A stretch of 32,000 bases of DNA from Candidatus Nanopusillus sp. (GTDB taxonomy: Archaea; Nanobdellota; Nanobdellia; Nanobdellales; Nanobdellaceae). Both the position numbers and the translations under genes were made by a program. The DNA lies in NCBI GenBank assembly GCA_028276785.1, contig JAPYVP010000005.1:1-32000 (forward strand). Direction: 5' to 3'. Positions 16,570 through 26,057 of the stretch are shown piece by piece (position 1 is the stretch's first letter; every line of letters starts with the position of its first letter). The notes under the pieces are model-generated. The model saw only the letters and a program-made list of their open reading frames with translations. It made no database searches and was not told the DNA's origin.

Positions 16570-17745
16570 ATGGAAATTAAATCTGCAAAAGCAAGGGTTA
16601 TTCTAAATTCTAGAGGAGATCCAACATTAGAAATTGAAATAAATGGTTATTCAGAAGCCGCTCCAGAGGGGGCAAGCAAAGGGTCTGGAGAAGTTCCATA
16701 TTTAGATCCTAAAAAAGCTGCTGAATTGTTCAATAATGAATTGGTAGATTTTCTTAAAACATTTGATATAATAACTTTAGATGATTTAAAAGAATTTGAA
16801 AGTGAATTTGAATCAATTGGTGGAATAAAGAGATATGGAGGTAATACATTAATTGCTACTGAATATGCTATATTAAGAGCATGGTCTCATTATGAAGGAA
16901 AACCTATTTACAAATTTTTTAATAAAAATCCAAAAATAAATATAAGAATATTGGCAAATGTTGTTGGTGGTGGTGCGCATTCAAGAGGTAGAAGTACAAA
17001 TATTCAAGAATTCTTAGTTTCTCCAGATACAGATAATTTACCTTTATCCATTTTTATTGCATCCTATATACATAAATTATTGGGGAAGAGATTAGAATTG
17101 TTGGATGATAAATTTTTATATGGAAGGAATGATGAAGGTGCATGGACAACATCGCTTGAAGATGAAACAATATTTAATATTATAAAAATGGTTTTTGATG
17201 AGGTTAAGATTGATTATAATATAAAAGTTGATCTTGGAATTGATTTTGCTGCAAGTCAATTATATAAAGATAACGCATATAAATATAAAAATAAAGTATT
17301 TTCTAGAGAAGATCAAATAAAATATGTAAAATTTCTTATAGATACATATGATTTATTTTATGTTGAAGATCCGTTATATGAAGAAGATTTTGAAGGATTT
17401 GCAGAGATAAATAATAGTACGAAAAGCTTAATTGTTGGAGACGATTTAACAGTAACAAATGTAGAAAGAATAAAAAAATCTTTAATATATAAATCAATTA
17501 AGGGTGTTATAATAAAACCAAATCAAATAGGTTCTGTTGTTAAGGCATATGAAGTTGTAAAATTCTGTAAAGAAAACGGTCTAGTACCAATATTATCTCA
17601 TAGATCCGGAGAAACAGAAAGTAATATACTAGCTCATTTAGCAGTTGGATTTGAAGTTCCATTTGTGAAGTTTGGAATTATAAATGGAGAGAGAATTGCA
17701 AAATTAAATGAATTAATTAGAATATATGAAAGCTTAAATAAATAA
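16570..17745 (+). CDS. eno: Enolase (phosphopyruvate hydratase)
   Basis: AKARVILNSRGDPTLEIEI at the N-terminus, plus IVGDDLTVTN, IKPNQIGS and SHRSGETE. Confidence 0.92.
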   Translation: MEIKSAKARVILNSRGDPTLEIEINGYSEAAPEGASKGSGEVPYLDPKKAAELFNNELVDFLKTFDIITLDDLKEFESEFESIGGIKRYGGNTLIATEYAILRAWSHYEGKPIYKFFNKNPKINIRILANVVGGGAHSRGRSTNIQEFLVSPDTDNLPLSIFIASYIHKLLGKRLELLDDKFLYGRNDEGAWTTSLEDETIFNIIKMVFDEVKIDYNIKVDLGIDFAASQLYKDNAYKYKNKVFSREDQIKYVKFLIDTYDLFYVEDPLYEEDFEGFAEINNSTKSLIVGDDLTVTNVERIKKSLIYKSIKGVIIKPNQIGSVVKAYEVVKFCKENGLVPILSHRSGETESNILAHLAVGFEVPFVKFGIINGERIAKLNELIRIYESLNK

Positions 17746-18006
17746 CTTGAACCATTTTTTATATTCTTCAGGTACCTCAATTAATCCTAAATTAACTAGT
17801 GTATCCAATATTCCCCATATATAATTTTCTAATTCAAATGCTTTTACGAAATCTTTATTTTCATAAAAATATTTCATGTCATTATAATAAGATATAACAA
17901 ATTTTTCAAACCTGTTATCTAAAAATCTTATGTTTTTAAATATTAATTCTAGTTTTTTATATTCTCTGTCCAGATAATAGAAAAACTCTTCTTCATTTAT
18001 TCTCAT
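17734..18006 (-). CDS. Small helical hypothetical protein, possibly DUF357-like
   Basis: 90-aa ORF with a coding-like, non-low-complexity sequence. NYIWGILDTLVNLGLIEVP recalls the conserved C-terminal motif I associate with archaeal DUF357, but my memory of that family is weak. It overlaps the enolase 3' end by 12 nt (convergent). Confidence 0.4.
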   Translation of the reverse strand: MRINEEEFFYYLDREYKKLELIFKNIRFLDNRFEKFVISYYNDMKYFYENKDFVKAFELENYIWGILDTLVNLGLIEVPEEYKKWFKLFI

Positions 18007-18034
18007 TTATATACCTTATTTAAAAATTTAATAA

Positions 18035-18748
18035 ATGGATCTTAAAGATATATTATCTAAATTCAACGTTGAAGAAATATTATATTTTGAAGAAAATTAT
18101 GATTTACAATATAAATATTTAAAACTTTTATATAAGAATATAAAAAATCAAAATTTATTTCTAAAGATTATCATAATAAATTCTTTATTAGCATTTCAAT
18201 TATCATATAAAGGAGAAAAATTTTGGAAAATATTTTCCATATACTTTTCTAAACATAATAATGATGATATATATGATAATTTTCTATCTTTCATAAATTT
18301 ATATAATAAGAGATATAAGGAAATAAAAATAAAAAGATTAAATAGAATTTATAATTGGATAAAGAATAAAGATTTATTAATTTATAAAGATGATCTAGTT
18401 AAGTTTAATTTAGAAATTGCGGAAGTAATGGGACAAAATATTTATGATAAAACAATAGTATTTTCAACAAAAATTTATGGTTATGGATTAAGAATTATTG
18501 GATATAAAATAATATTTCCATTTGAAATATTCATACCAATAGATAATAGAATTGGAAAAATTAGTAAAGATAGAAATTATTGGATAAGATTATCAAAAGA
18601 AGTAAACATACCATTATTACACATAGATTCTTTAGTATGGATTACTATGGGATTGGATAACGATAAAATAGAAAGAATAAGAAATGAAGAACTTAAAAAT
18701 AAAATTAAATTATTAAAAAATTATCTAAATAATATTGTTAATAATTAA
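18035..18748 (+). CDS. Archaeal 8-oxoguanine DNA glycosylase / N-glycosylase-DNA lyase (AGOG family)
   Basis: Blocks match Pyrobaculum AGOG as I recall it. INSLLAFQLSYKGEKFWKIFSIYFS matches LNALISYRLTGKGEEHWEYFGKYFS. KTIVFSTKIYGY matches KTLVFTIKILNY. FEIFIPIDNRIGKIS matches FDIPIPVDYRVARLT. IPLLHIDSLVWI matches IPPLHLDTLLWL. Confidence 0.75.
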   Translation: MDLKDILSKFNVEEILYFEENYDLQYKYLKLLYKNIKNQNLFLKIIIINSLLAFQLSYKGEKFWKIFSIYFSKHNNDDIYDNFLSFINLYNKRYKEIKIKRLNRIYNWIKNKDLLIYKDDLVKFNLEIAEVMGQNIYDKTIVFSTKIYGYGLRIIGYKIIFPFEIFIPIDNRIGKISKDRNYWIRLSKEVNIPLLHIDSLVWITMGLDNDKIERIRNEELKNKIKLLKNYLNNIVNN

Positions 18749-19189
18749 TAGACCATCTGTAATATATAATATATCTCTAGCAATTTTTTCTTCATTTATT
18801 ATTTTTGAGTCGAAATCCGATCCAATTTTTCCATTTCCAACGAATATTTTTTCAGTTGGAGATAGCAAATATTTGTCATACTTTAATATAAATTCTTCAG
18901 ATTTCTTTAATAAATATCCTAAATATATTAGTTGATTTAGACCATAAATTTTATTTTTATCACTTAAATCATTAAAATTATATATATACAAATTAATATT
19001 ACTTTCTAATAATTTTATCTTATTGTCTTTTATTAATAATGTGGCTTGCCAATTCTTTTTATAATCTTTATAATTCAATGATGTTGTTGTTTTATTATTA
19101 TATTCTAATGTCATCTTTTCCTTTTCCTTTTTTATTGTTACTTTACCTTCTTCTAAAGATAGCTTTATCCCTATACCCAGTATATCCAT
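18725..19189 (-). CDS. Hypothetical protein
   Basis: 154-aa ORF filling the gap between AGOG and tRNA-Asn. I recognise no motif. It overlaps the AGOG 3' end by 24 nt (convergent). Confidence 0.4.
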   Translation of the reverse strand: MDILGIGIKLSLEEGKVTIKKEKEKMTLEYNNKTTTSLNYKDYKKNWQATLLIKDNKIKLLESNINLYIYNFNDLSDKNKIYGLNQLIYLGYLLKKSEEFILKYDKYLLSPTEKIFVGNGKIGSDFDSKIINEEKIARDILYITDGLLIINNII

Positions 19190-19254
19190 AAACTATTTAT
19201 AGAAAATGAGATATAAAAAGATTATTAAAAATTTACTAAGTAATCTATATATAT

Positions 19255-19327
19255 GCCGCCGTAGCTCAGTTGGTAGAGCAGCCGGCTGTTAACCGGCAGG
19301 TCGTGGGTTCAAGTCCCACCGGCGGCG
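19255..19327 (+). tRNA. tRNA-Asn (anticodon GUU), no intron, CCA not encoded
   Basis: Hand-folded cloverleaf. Acceptor GCCGCCG/CGGCGGC, D stem GCTC/GAGC, anticodon stem GCCGG/CCGGC with loop CT-GTT-AA. T arm GTGGG-TTCAAGT-CCCAC, discriminator G. Confidence 0.92.
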
Positions 19328-20194
19328 TTATTCATTATAATATTTATATAATAGTTCTCTATTTGCTTCTAGTTGTATATTTTTAATATTTAAGTAATCT
19401 GCAGCTGATAAAAACTCTGTACCAAAATTTTTTCCAATTTCGTTTAATTTATTTAGTATTTCTCTATAATTTAAAGATCTAGCCATATGATGATCAATTA
19501 TTATTTTATTAATCTTTGTATTCTCTAGTAATCTTTCAATATTCTTATAAAATATTTCATTATATGAAATATCCCACTTTGTATGATAAAAAGGAGGACC
19601 CGATAGTATTATATAATCTGGATTTTTTTCTATTATATAATTCAGTGTAAAATCTGTTAAAATACCTTGTATATCAGATCCAAAAAATAAAGATGAGTTT
19701 TTATATTCAATGTATATACCAATAACATAACCTAAAACTGAATTTTCTGCTCCATGAAATAATGGGGGAGAAATTTCTATATATGTATTATTAAATTCAA
19801 ATACCTTATTATCTCCAATATATATTTCAGATTTATTCTTTAATTTTTCATATACATTTTTTCCTCTATTTTTTTGAGAATTATTTATGTAATTATTAAA
19901 ATCTTTTATGATTAGTTTTTTATTATATAATATTTTGAAATGTTCTTCTTTTGGGTTTGGACAATGATCCCAATGATAATGTGTAATAATTATTAAATCA
20001 ACATCCTTTGATAATTCAATTATTTCTTTTCTTTTGTTTTTTAATTCTTCTAATTCAATTTTATGTGGTTTTAGACCATATCTATAAGGAGCAATTGCAA
20101 TAGAAGGATCTATAAATATTTTAATATTAGTTTTAACAATTGTTGCCATAGATCTTGTTGAAAATGAATCATATGCAACTGGTATTATTATCAT
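19328..20194 (-). CDS. Metallo-beta-lactamase-fold protein (UPF0282-like)
   Basis: IIITHYHWDHCP is the HxHxDH zinc motif. The N-terminal STRSMATIVKT...IDPSIAIAPYRYGLKPHKIE resembles the archaeal UPF0282 family as I recall it. Its stop codon abuts the tRNA-Asn 3' end with zero spacer. Confidence 0.7.
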   Translation of the reverse strand: MIIIPVAYDSFSTRSMATIVKTNIKIFIDPSIAIAPYRYGLKPHKIELEELKNKRKEIIELSKDVDLIIITHYHWDHCPNPKEEHFKILYNKKLIIKDFNNYINNSQKNRGKNVYEKLKNKSEIYIGDNKVFEFNNTYIEISPPLFHGAENSVLGYVIGIYIEYKNSSLFFGSDIQGILTDFTLNYIIEKNPDYIILSGPPFYHTKWDISYNEIFYKNIERLLENTKINKIIIDHHMARSLNYREILNKLNEIGKNFGTEFLSAADYLNIKNIQLEANRELLYKYYNE

Positions 20195-20215
20195 TAAAAA
20201 ATATTAATAAAAAAA

Positions 20216-21028
20216 TTAATAAACAGCTTCTCCAATTTCTTCAAGATACTTTCTTTCATAATATTCAAATGCTCCTGTAATCTTTGATGGATTTAATCCA
20301 TATAATATAACTTTATTATTGTTATTTATTTCAAACATAAATCCAGAATATTCTTTGTATTTTCCATTTACAATTTCAACAATCTTTCTTGCAAATAGTT
20401 CTCCAGATATTTTTGGATAATCTTTTAATTTGCCCCCCATTCCTTCTTCTCCAGTTTTAATAGTATCTGGAAATAGAGCTATAATTCTTCTACCACGGCT
20501 ATTAAGTATTTGTAGCTCAGCATGTGCTTTAAGAGCAGCTTTTGTTTTTTGATATTCAGGATCCCAATTTCCTCTATAAAATGCAGATATTGATACCATG
20601 TAAATTGTATCTAAATAAAGGTTTTTTTCTTCTAATTCTCTATCCATTTTTTCTATAGACTTTACATTTATTTCGTATGAATCGTCAATCATTTTATTTG
20701 TATAACTCTTAAATTCGCCAGGATAATCATATAAAATTCCTATATTATAGAATATAGTTACTTTATATCCTTTATCCCCGTATTCTTTTATTTTTTCTAT
20801 TATCCTTTTTCTATCTTCATCCTTTGTTAAATCTCCAACTACGTAATCATCTATCTTTCCTTCATTTTTCATATCAATTAATACATTTTCTTTTCTTCCA
20901 TTTCCAACAACAATATATCCATCCTTTTTTAATTCTTCTGCTAATAATTTACCAATACCGCCAGTAGCTCCCAACAAAAATATAACTTCTTTTTTTTCAT
21001 TATACATCATAATCTTATCAAGACTCAT
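20216..21028 (-). CDS. Short-chain dehydrogenase/reductase (SDR) family protein
   Basis: The Rossmann motif LLGATGGIGKLLAEEL (TGxxxGxG) and the YQKTK catalytic YxxxK are both present. Confidence 0.7.
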   Translation of the reverse strand: MSLDKIMMYNEKKEVIFLLGATGGIGKLLAEELKKDGYIVVGNGRKENVLIDMKNEGKIDDYVVGDLTKDEDRKRIIEKIKEYGDKGYKVTIFYNIGILYDYPGEFKSYTNKMIDDSYEINVKSIEKMDRELEEKNLYLDTIYMVSISAFYRGNWDPEYQKTKAALKAHAELQILNSRGRRIIALFPDTIKTGEEGMGGKLKDYPKISGELFARKIVEIVNGKYKEYSGFMFEINNNNKVILYGLNPSKITGAFEYYERKYLEEIGEAVY

Positions 21029-21864
21029 AGTTTATATAAGTTATCAACATATTCTAATATAGCCCCTTTCATTTCTTCTTGTCCCAAATCATTAAAAAAT
21101 TTTTCAAATGGTTTTTTTACATTTTTATCTACTTTACTTGAATATGCATAGATTACCAGACCATTATTATATAAGAATCCTGTTAAATAATATCCCTTTT
21201 CTTCATATTCTTCCATATTTGTTGTATATATTAATTTTGGATATTTTTCATTATTTTCCTTTCTTTTATATTCAAATGAATGAATTTTACAATCCAAATT
21301 ATTCAATATACATAATTTTTTAAAGAATTCTTCAGAATATTTTGGTATCTTTAATTCTAACACTTTATCATTTGATCTATGTCCAATAATTGTTGTATAT
21401 GGATTATTTTCATTATCTCTATATATAAAAGATGAAGCAAAACCAGAAATTCTTATTCCATAATTTTCCCATATTCTAAATATCTTGCTTGAAGTTGGTA
21501 AATACACAACAAAATCTGTGGCTACAGGTGTGTTTTGTTGTAAGAAATAATAATAAAGTTTTTTTGCAATTCCCTTATTAGAATGATTACCATCAACAAC
21601 AGTATAAACATTATATAGTATTCCACCTTTATATGTCCAGTGAGATAATCCAGCTATATAATTGTTTATTATGTATAAAAGAATAGTATCTCCTTTATTT
21701 ATCAAATCTTTTACATATTCTTCTTCATAAATCTTATATGAATTTTCTCCATTTTCTTCAAAATCAAAATAAAATCTATTTTCTTTAATATTTTTTCTAA
21801 TAAATTCTGTAATATTTTTTATATCATTATAATCTGCTATTCTAATATATTCACCTGTATCCAT
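21025..21864 (-). CDS. Putative GNAT-type acetyltransferase with an uncharacterised C-terminal domain
   Basis: The N-terminus IRIADYNDIKNITEFI and VVDGNHSNKGIAKKLYYYF resemble GNAT motif A (R/Q-x-x-G-x-G/A). The C-terminal ~120 aa are unassigned. The stop overlaps the SDR start by 4 nt. Confidence 0.45.
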   Translation of the reverse strand: MDTGEYIRIADYNDIKNITEFIRKNIKENRFYFDFEENGENSYKIYEEEYVKDLINKGDTILLYIINNYIAGLSHWTYKGGILYNVYTVVDGNHSNKGIAKKLYYYFLQQNTPVATDFVVYLPTSSKIFRIWENYGIRISGFASSFIYRDNENNPYTTIIGHRSNDKVLELKIPKYSEEFFKKLCILNNLDCKIHSFEYKRKENNEKYPKLIYTTNMEEYEEKGYYLTGFLYNNGLVIYAYSSKVDKNVKKPFEKFFNDLGQEEMKGAILEYVDNLYKL

Positions 21865-21907
21865 AACTATTATATAGTTAAGAGAAAGACTTATAAGTAT
21901 GACAAAG

Positions 21908-23230
21908 TTATATATATTTTAACATTTTTGCAGTTTTTTCATCCATATAATATGCTTCTATTCCCCTATCTCTTAATCTCTTAGCAAAATATTTAGAGAG
22001 TATACCATTTTTACATATTAACAAGTATTTTTTACCTTTTTCAAAATTATACTTAGAAAATTCTTCAGACTTAACAATTATTAGATCTTTTTTATCCGGA
22101 ATCTTCAAATTGAATTCCTCAATATTTATATTATTAATTTCTCCAATCCTTTCAATTTCTTTATCAAAATCCATATTTAATTTATTTAATTCAGAAATTA
22201 CTATATCCATTTTTGGTTTTGTTGTTGGATGATCTTCAATTTTACATATTTCTGGTGCCCTTATATCATATACATCAATCTTCTTTGATAACTCCAATAT
22301 TTCATTTTTATTAAATCCAATTAATGGTCTTAATACTAAAATATCTACAAGACTATCCAATACTTTTAATGAATCAATTGTTTGTGAAGAAACTTGTCCT
22401 AAAGATTCTCCAGTAACTATACAATCATAATTATTTTTCTTTGCAAATTTTTCTGCAATTTTATACATTATTGCTTTAAATAATATTTGTCTATATCCTT
22501 CCCTTACATTAAACAAATATTCTATATCTAAGTTATATACATATAATTTTGAATTTGGAAAATATTCCTTTAATTTATTATATATATTATATACGTACTG
22601 CAAATAAACATCCCCAGCAATGTTAATAAATAAAAAATCTATTTTTAATCCTCTTTTTGAAATAATATATGCGGCTACTGATGAATCAGATCCTCCCGAA
22701 AATAATAAAATTCCTTTACCTTCAGATCCTTCTGGTAATCCACCAGGCCCCTCAATTATTTTATCATAAATAAATGTATAATCTTGATGAATTTCTATAT
22801 ATAATATTTTTTCTGGGTTTTTTACATCAACTTTTAATTTATATTTATTTAATATTTCTTCTCCAACAATTTTGCTAACTTCTAAAGATTTATAAGGAAA
22901 GCTTTTATCAACCCTCTTTGTAGATATCTTAAATTTATTAATATTTCCAATAAAATTGCTAAAAAATTCTAAAGAATATTTTTTTATATTTTTTATAGAT
23001 GTCTCAAAATAAATAGCTGGGTATATATTTTTTATTCCTGGAATCTTTCTTAATATGTTTATCCACTCATCTTTATAACCCCATATTATTATTCTACCTC
23101 TTCTATTTTCTATTTTATCAAAATTTATTCTATTTTTGATATCATTTATTAATATATCCATCATTTTTTTCTTTATTTTTTCAGATTTTGTCCATATTTC
23201 ATCAATACCAATCAATATACAATTATACAT
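21908..23230 (-). CDS. thiI: tRNA 4-thiouridine / thiamine-pathway sulfurtransferase ThiI with a C-terminal rhodanese-like domain
   Basis: The N-terminal half is THUMP-like and carries the PP-loop LLFSGGSDSSVAAY (SGGxDS). The C-terminal LLICKNGILSKYFAKRLRDRGIEAYYM looks like a rhodanese Cys loop. Confidence 0.85.
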   Translation of the reverse strand: MYNCILIGIDEIWTKSEKIKKKMMDILINDIKNRINFDKIENRRGRIIIWGYKDEWINILRKIPGIKNIYPAIYFETSIKNIKKYSLEFFSNFIGNINKFKISTKRVDKSFPYKSLEVSKIVGEEILNKYKLKVDVKNPEKILYIEIHQDYTFIYDKIIEGPGGLPEGSEGKGILLFSGGSDSSVAAYIISKRGLKIDFLFINIAGDVYLQYVYNIYNKLKEYFPNSKLYVYNLDIEYLFNVREGYRQILFKAIMYKIAEKFAKKNNYDCIVTGESLGQVSSQTIDSLKVLDSLVDILVLRPLIGFNKNEILELSKKIDVYDIRAPEICKIEDHPTTKPKMDIVISELNKLNMDFDKEIERIGEINNINIEEFNLKIPDKKDLIIVKSEEFSKYNFEKGKKYLLICKNGILSKYFAKRLRDRGIEAYYMDEKTAKMLKYI

Positions 23231-23266
23231 AATATTTTTATTACGAAAAAATCATTATAATGTTAT

Positions 23267-24151
23267 ATGTTAATACTATATTCTAAATATTTACTATACC
23301 ATAATGATCCAAATCATATAGAAAATAATAGAAGATTATTAGTAATAAAAAAATTAATAAAAAATAATTATAAAAAAATAGGAAAAATAAGAAAAGATAT
23401 ATATAAATACATAAATTATGCACATAGCTGGAAATATATTAGAATGATAAAAAGAATCTGGAAAGATTCCTATAAAAATAATAAAATTATTTATTTAGAT
23501 TCTGATACATATATATCTCCTTTATCGTTTTATTCTATTCTTAAATCTGTTGAAGGTGTGCTAGAAAGTATAGAAATAAGTGAAAAATATATTTTTATAC
23601 CCACAAGACCACCAGGTCATCATGTTCCAAAAAATCCATTAAATAGTGATAAAACTCTTGGATTCTGTATATTTAATAATGTTGCAATTGCTGGTATGTA
23701 TGCTAGGAAAATATACAAAAATGTATTAATTTTTGATATAGATTTGCATCATGGAAATGGAACTCAGGATATAATTGAAAATAAGAAGAATATTTATTAT
23801 ATATCTACTCATGCAAAAAATATATATCCAAATACAGGTTTGGAATCTGGAAATAATTATTTTAATTTTCCATTAGATTTTAATATAGATGATAATTATT
23901 ATATTAGTTTATTAAATGTCAAAATATTTCCATTAATTGAAGAAATAAATCCAGAAATTGTATTAGTATCTTTGGGATTTGATATGCATAAAAATGACCC
24001 ATTATCGGTATTTAATATCACATTGAAATCATATGAATATATCTTTAATTATTTAAAAAGGTTCAATAAGGTTGTATATATATTAGAAGGTGGGTATAAT
24101 AGAGAAGTAATTTATAATGGTATAAATACATTATTAAAAGTATATGGATAA
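23267..24151 (+). CDS. Histone deacetylase-family (class I/II HDAC, AcuC/acetylpolyamine amidohydrolase-like) protein
   Basis: RPPGHHV, GFCIFNNVAIA, FDIDLHHGNGTQDI, GFDMHKNDPL and LEGGYN are the full set of HDAC zinc-site motifs. Confidence 0.85.
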   Translation: MLILYSKYLLYHNDPNHIENNRRLLVIKKLIKNNYKKIGKIRKDIYKYINYAHSWKYIRMIKRIWKDSYKNNKIIYLDSDTYISPLSFYSILKSVEGVLESIEISEKYIFIPTRPPGHHVPKNPLNSDKTLGFCIFNNVAIAGMYARKIYKNVLIFDIDLHHGNGTQDIIENKKNIYYISTHAKNIYPNTGLESGNNYFNFPLDFNIDDNYYISLLNVKIFPLIEEINPEIVLVSLGFDMHKNDPLSVFNITLKSYEYIFNYLKRFNKVVYILEGGYNREVIYNGINTLLKVYG

Positions 24152-25244
24152 GTTTTATCTAGGGTTTTCAATATCATCATTTCAAACCGAAGGAAATTAT
24201 AATAATCAAGATTGGTATTATTTTATTAAACAAGGAAAATTACCAGAGATAGATAATGCTTGTAATTTATGGGAAAAATATTTGGATATAATTCCAATAT
24301 TAATTGATTTAAATGCAAATGCCTTTAGATTTTCAATAGATTGGGCTAGAATATATCCAAATAAAGATAAGATAGATTATCATAGTATGAAAAGATATGT
24401 AGAATTTACAGATAAATTGATAAAGAATAATATAGAACCGTTTATAACTTTATGGCATTATGTTAATCCTCTATGGTTTTATAATTTGGGGGGATGGGAA
24501 AATAAAGAAAATATAGAATACTTTGTTGATTATTCATACTTTATAATTGATAAATTTTCAAAATTAGGGGTTAAGTATTTTATATCATTCAATGAACCTT
24601 GGATATATATATTATCCTCTTATGTTTTTGGTAAATGGCCCCCATTTAAAAAAGTAAATACAATTGAAGATTTGAAGAATGTAATAGTAATATTAGATAA
24701 TATATTTTATGCAAATAAAGAATTATATAAAATAACTAAAGAATTTAATGTTTATTTGATATATACAGAAAATTTATCGTTATTAAAACTACCTTTTAAC
24801 TTTTTATTAAAGGATATAATAAGTTCAAATATTCATTTGCTATTTCCAAAGGAAATAGATTTCTATGGAATAAACTATTATGGTGTATTTAAAAGCTTAA
24901 AAGATATAGATGAAAGAAAACCATCTTTTAGCGTATCTGTATTAGATAGTATTTTAAAGAATTTGGACAAACCAATATTTGTAACAGAAAATGGAATAAA
25001 TACTGAAGATGAATTCTTAAGGGTTAGAATTATTAAAAAATATCTGCATTATTTTGTAAAAAATAGAAAAAAATATAATATAAAAGGATATTTTATTTGG
25101 TCTTTAATGGATAATTATGAGTGGGATTTTGGATATAATGCAAAATTTGGGATATTAAATAGAAATTTATCAAAGAAAGATTCTTATTATGAGATAAAAG
25201 AAATATATAAAAGATTAAATCAGAAGCTTAATATATCCAAGTAA
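24144..25244 (+). CDS. Glycoside hydrolase family 1 (beta-glucosidase/galactosidase-like), compact form
   Basis: SSFQTEG, FRFSIDWARIYP, ITLWHYVNPLWF..GGW, SFNEPW (acid/base Glu), FYGINYY, VTENG (nucleophile Glu) and GYFIWSLMDNYEWDFGYNAKFG are all present. At 366 aa it is shorter than typical GH1 enzymes. Confidence 0.85.
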   Translation: MDKFYLGFSISSFQTEGNYNNQDWYYFIKQGKLPEIDNACNLWEKYLDIIPILIDLNANAFRFSIDWARIYPNKDKIDYHSMKRYVEFTDKLIKNNIEPFITLWHYVNPLWFYNLGGWENKENIEYFVDYSYFIIDKFSKLGVKYFISFNEPWIYILSSYVFGKWPPFKKVNTIEDLKNVIVILDNIFYANKELYKITKEFNVYLIYTENLSLLKLPFNFLLKDIISSNIHLLFPKEIDFYGINYYGVFKSLKDIDERKPSFSVSVLDSILKNLDKPIFVTENGINTEDEFLRVRIIKKYLHYFVKNRKKYNIKGYFIWSLMDNYEWDFGYNAKFGILNRNLSKKDSYYEIKEIYKRLNQKLNISK

Positions 25245-25724
25245 AGGTATTCTTAGTATTCCAATCCCAATAATTCTATTTGGATCCATATTATTTTCAC
25301 CTTCAAATATTATTGGTCCGGGATTATTATCACCCATAATGATAAAGTTACCATTATTATAACCAACTATCCTATGAAAGATATATTCACCTTTATATAA
25401 TGAAGTTCCCTTATATAAAATCAAATCGCCCGGTTTTAAATATTGTGTATCAATAGGTAAAATTATTACTATATCTCCAACATATAACCCATTTGGATAT
25501 GGAAATTGAAAAAATTCTTGTTGTGTAATATTATATTGTTCATATTTTTGAAAATTAAAATTATGATGTTCCATACTTGGAGATACTATTACAGAAAATA
25601 ATGGGGGATAAACCAACTGAATAATAAAATATACAATAAATATAAATATTATAAATAGTACATCGCTCAAATAATCATCCCCGAAAAATATTCTTACTAT
25701 AATTTTTTTTATTTTTTTAATCAT
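25215..25724 (-). CDS. Archaeal signal peptidase I (S26B, Sec11-type)
   Basis: An N-terminal TM helix is followed by VSPSMEH (catalytic Ser box), GDIVII, HRIVGY (His box) and MGDNN. Confidence 0.75.
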   Translation of the reverse strand: MIKKIKKIIVRIFFGDDYLSDVLFIIFIFIVYFIIQLVYPPLFSVIVSPSMEHHNFNFQKYEQYNITQQEFFQFPYPNGLYVGDIVIILPIDTQYLKPGDLILYKGTSLYKGEYIFHRIVGYNNGNFIIMGDNNPGPIIFEGENNMDPNRIIGIGILRIPLLGYIKLLI

Positions 25725-26031
25725 ATACTCTCCATGTATATCCGCATTTTACACATCTATAAAATTTTGTTTCACCTTCATCTCCAGCTCTTGTTTGAAT
25801 AGACCAGAAATATGCTCCTTTATTTCCGCATTTTGGGCATAAGACTTCGTCATCAATTGGATATAATTTATAATCTTCCTCCATGATTTTAATTTCTGAA
25901 GATTTATTTATATTTTCTTTGAGCAATAAAGAATTTTCATCTTTTATTTTTTCTTTATATCCACAATTTGGACATACTAAGTGGTTACTTTCTTTTTTCA
26001 TTAAGCTCCCACATTTGGGACAAAATTTCAT
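25717..26031 (-). CDS. tfs: Transcription factor S (TFS) / RNA polymerase subunit M
   Basis: There are two zinc ribbons, CPKCGSLM...CPNCGY and CPKCGNKGAYFWSIQTRAGDEGETKFYRCVKCGYTWR. The second carries the acidic-hairpin (Q-T-R-x-x-D-E) motif. Confidence 0.85.
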   Translation of the reverse strand: MKFCPKCGSLMKKESNHLVCPNCGYKEKIKDENSLLLKENINKSSEIKIMEEDYKLYPIDDEVLCPKCGNKGAYFWSIQTRAGDEGETKFYRCVKCGYTWRVYD

Positions 26032-26057
26032 AAAAATATTTTATATTGCAGAAATAT

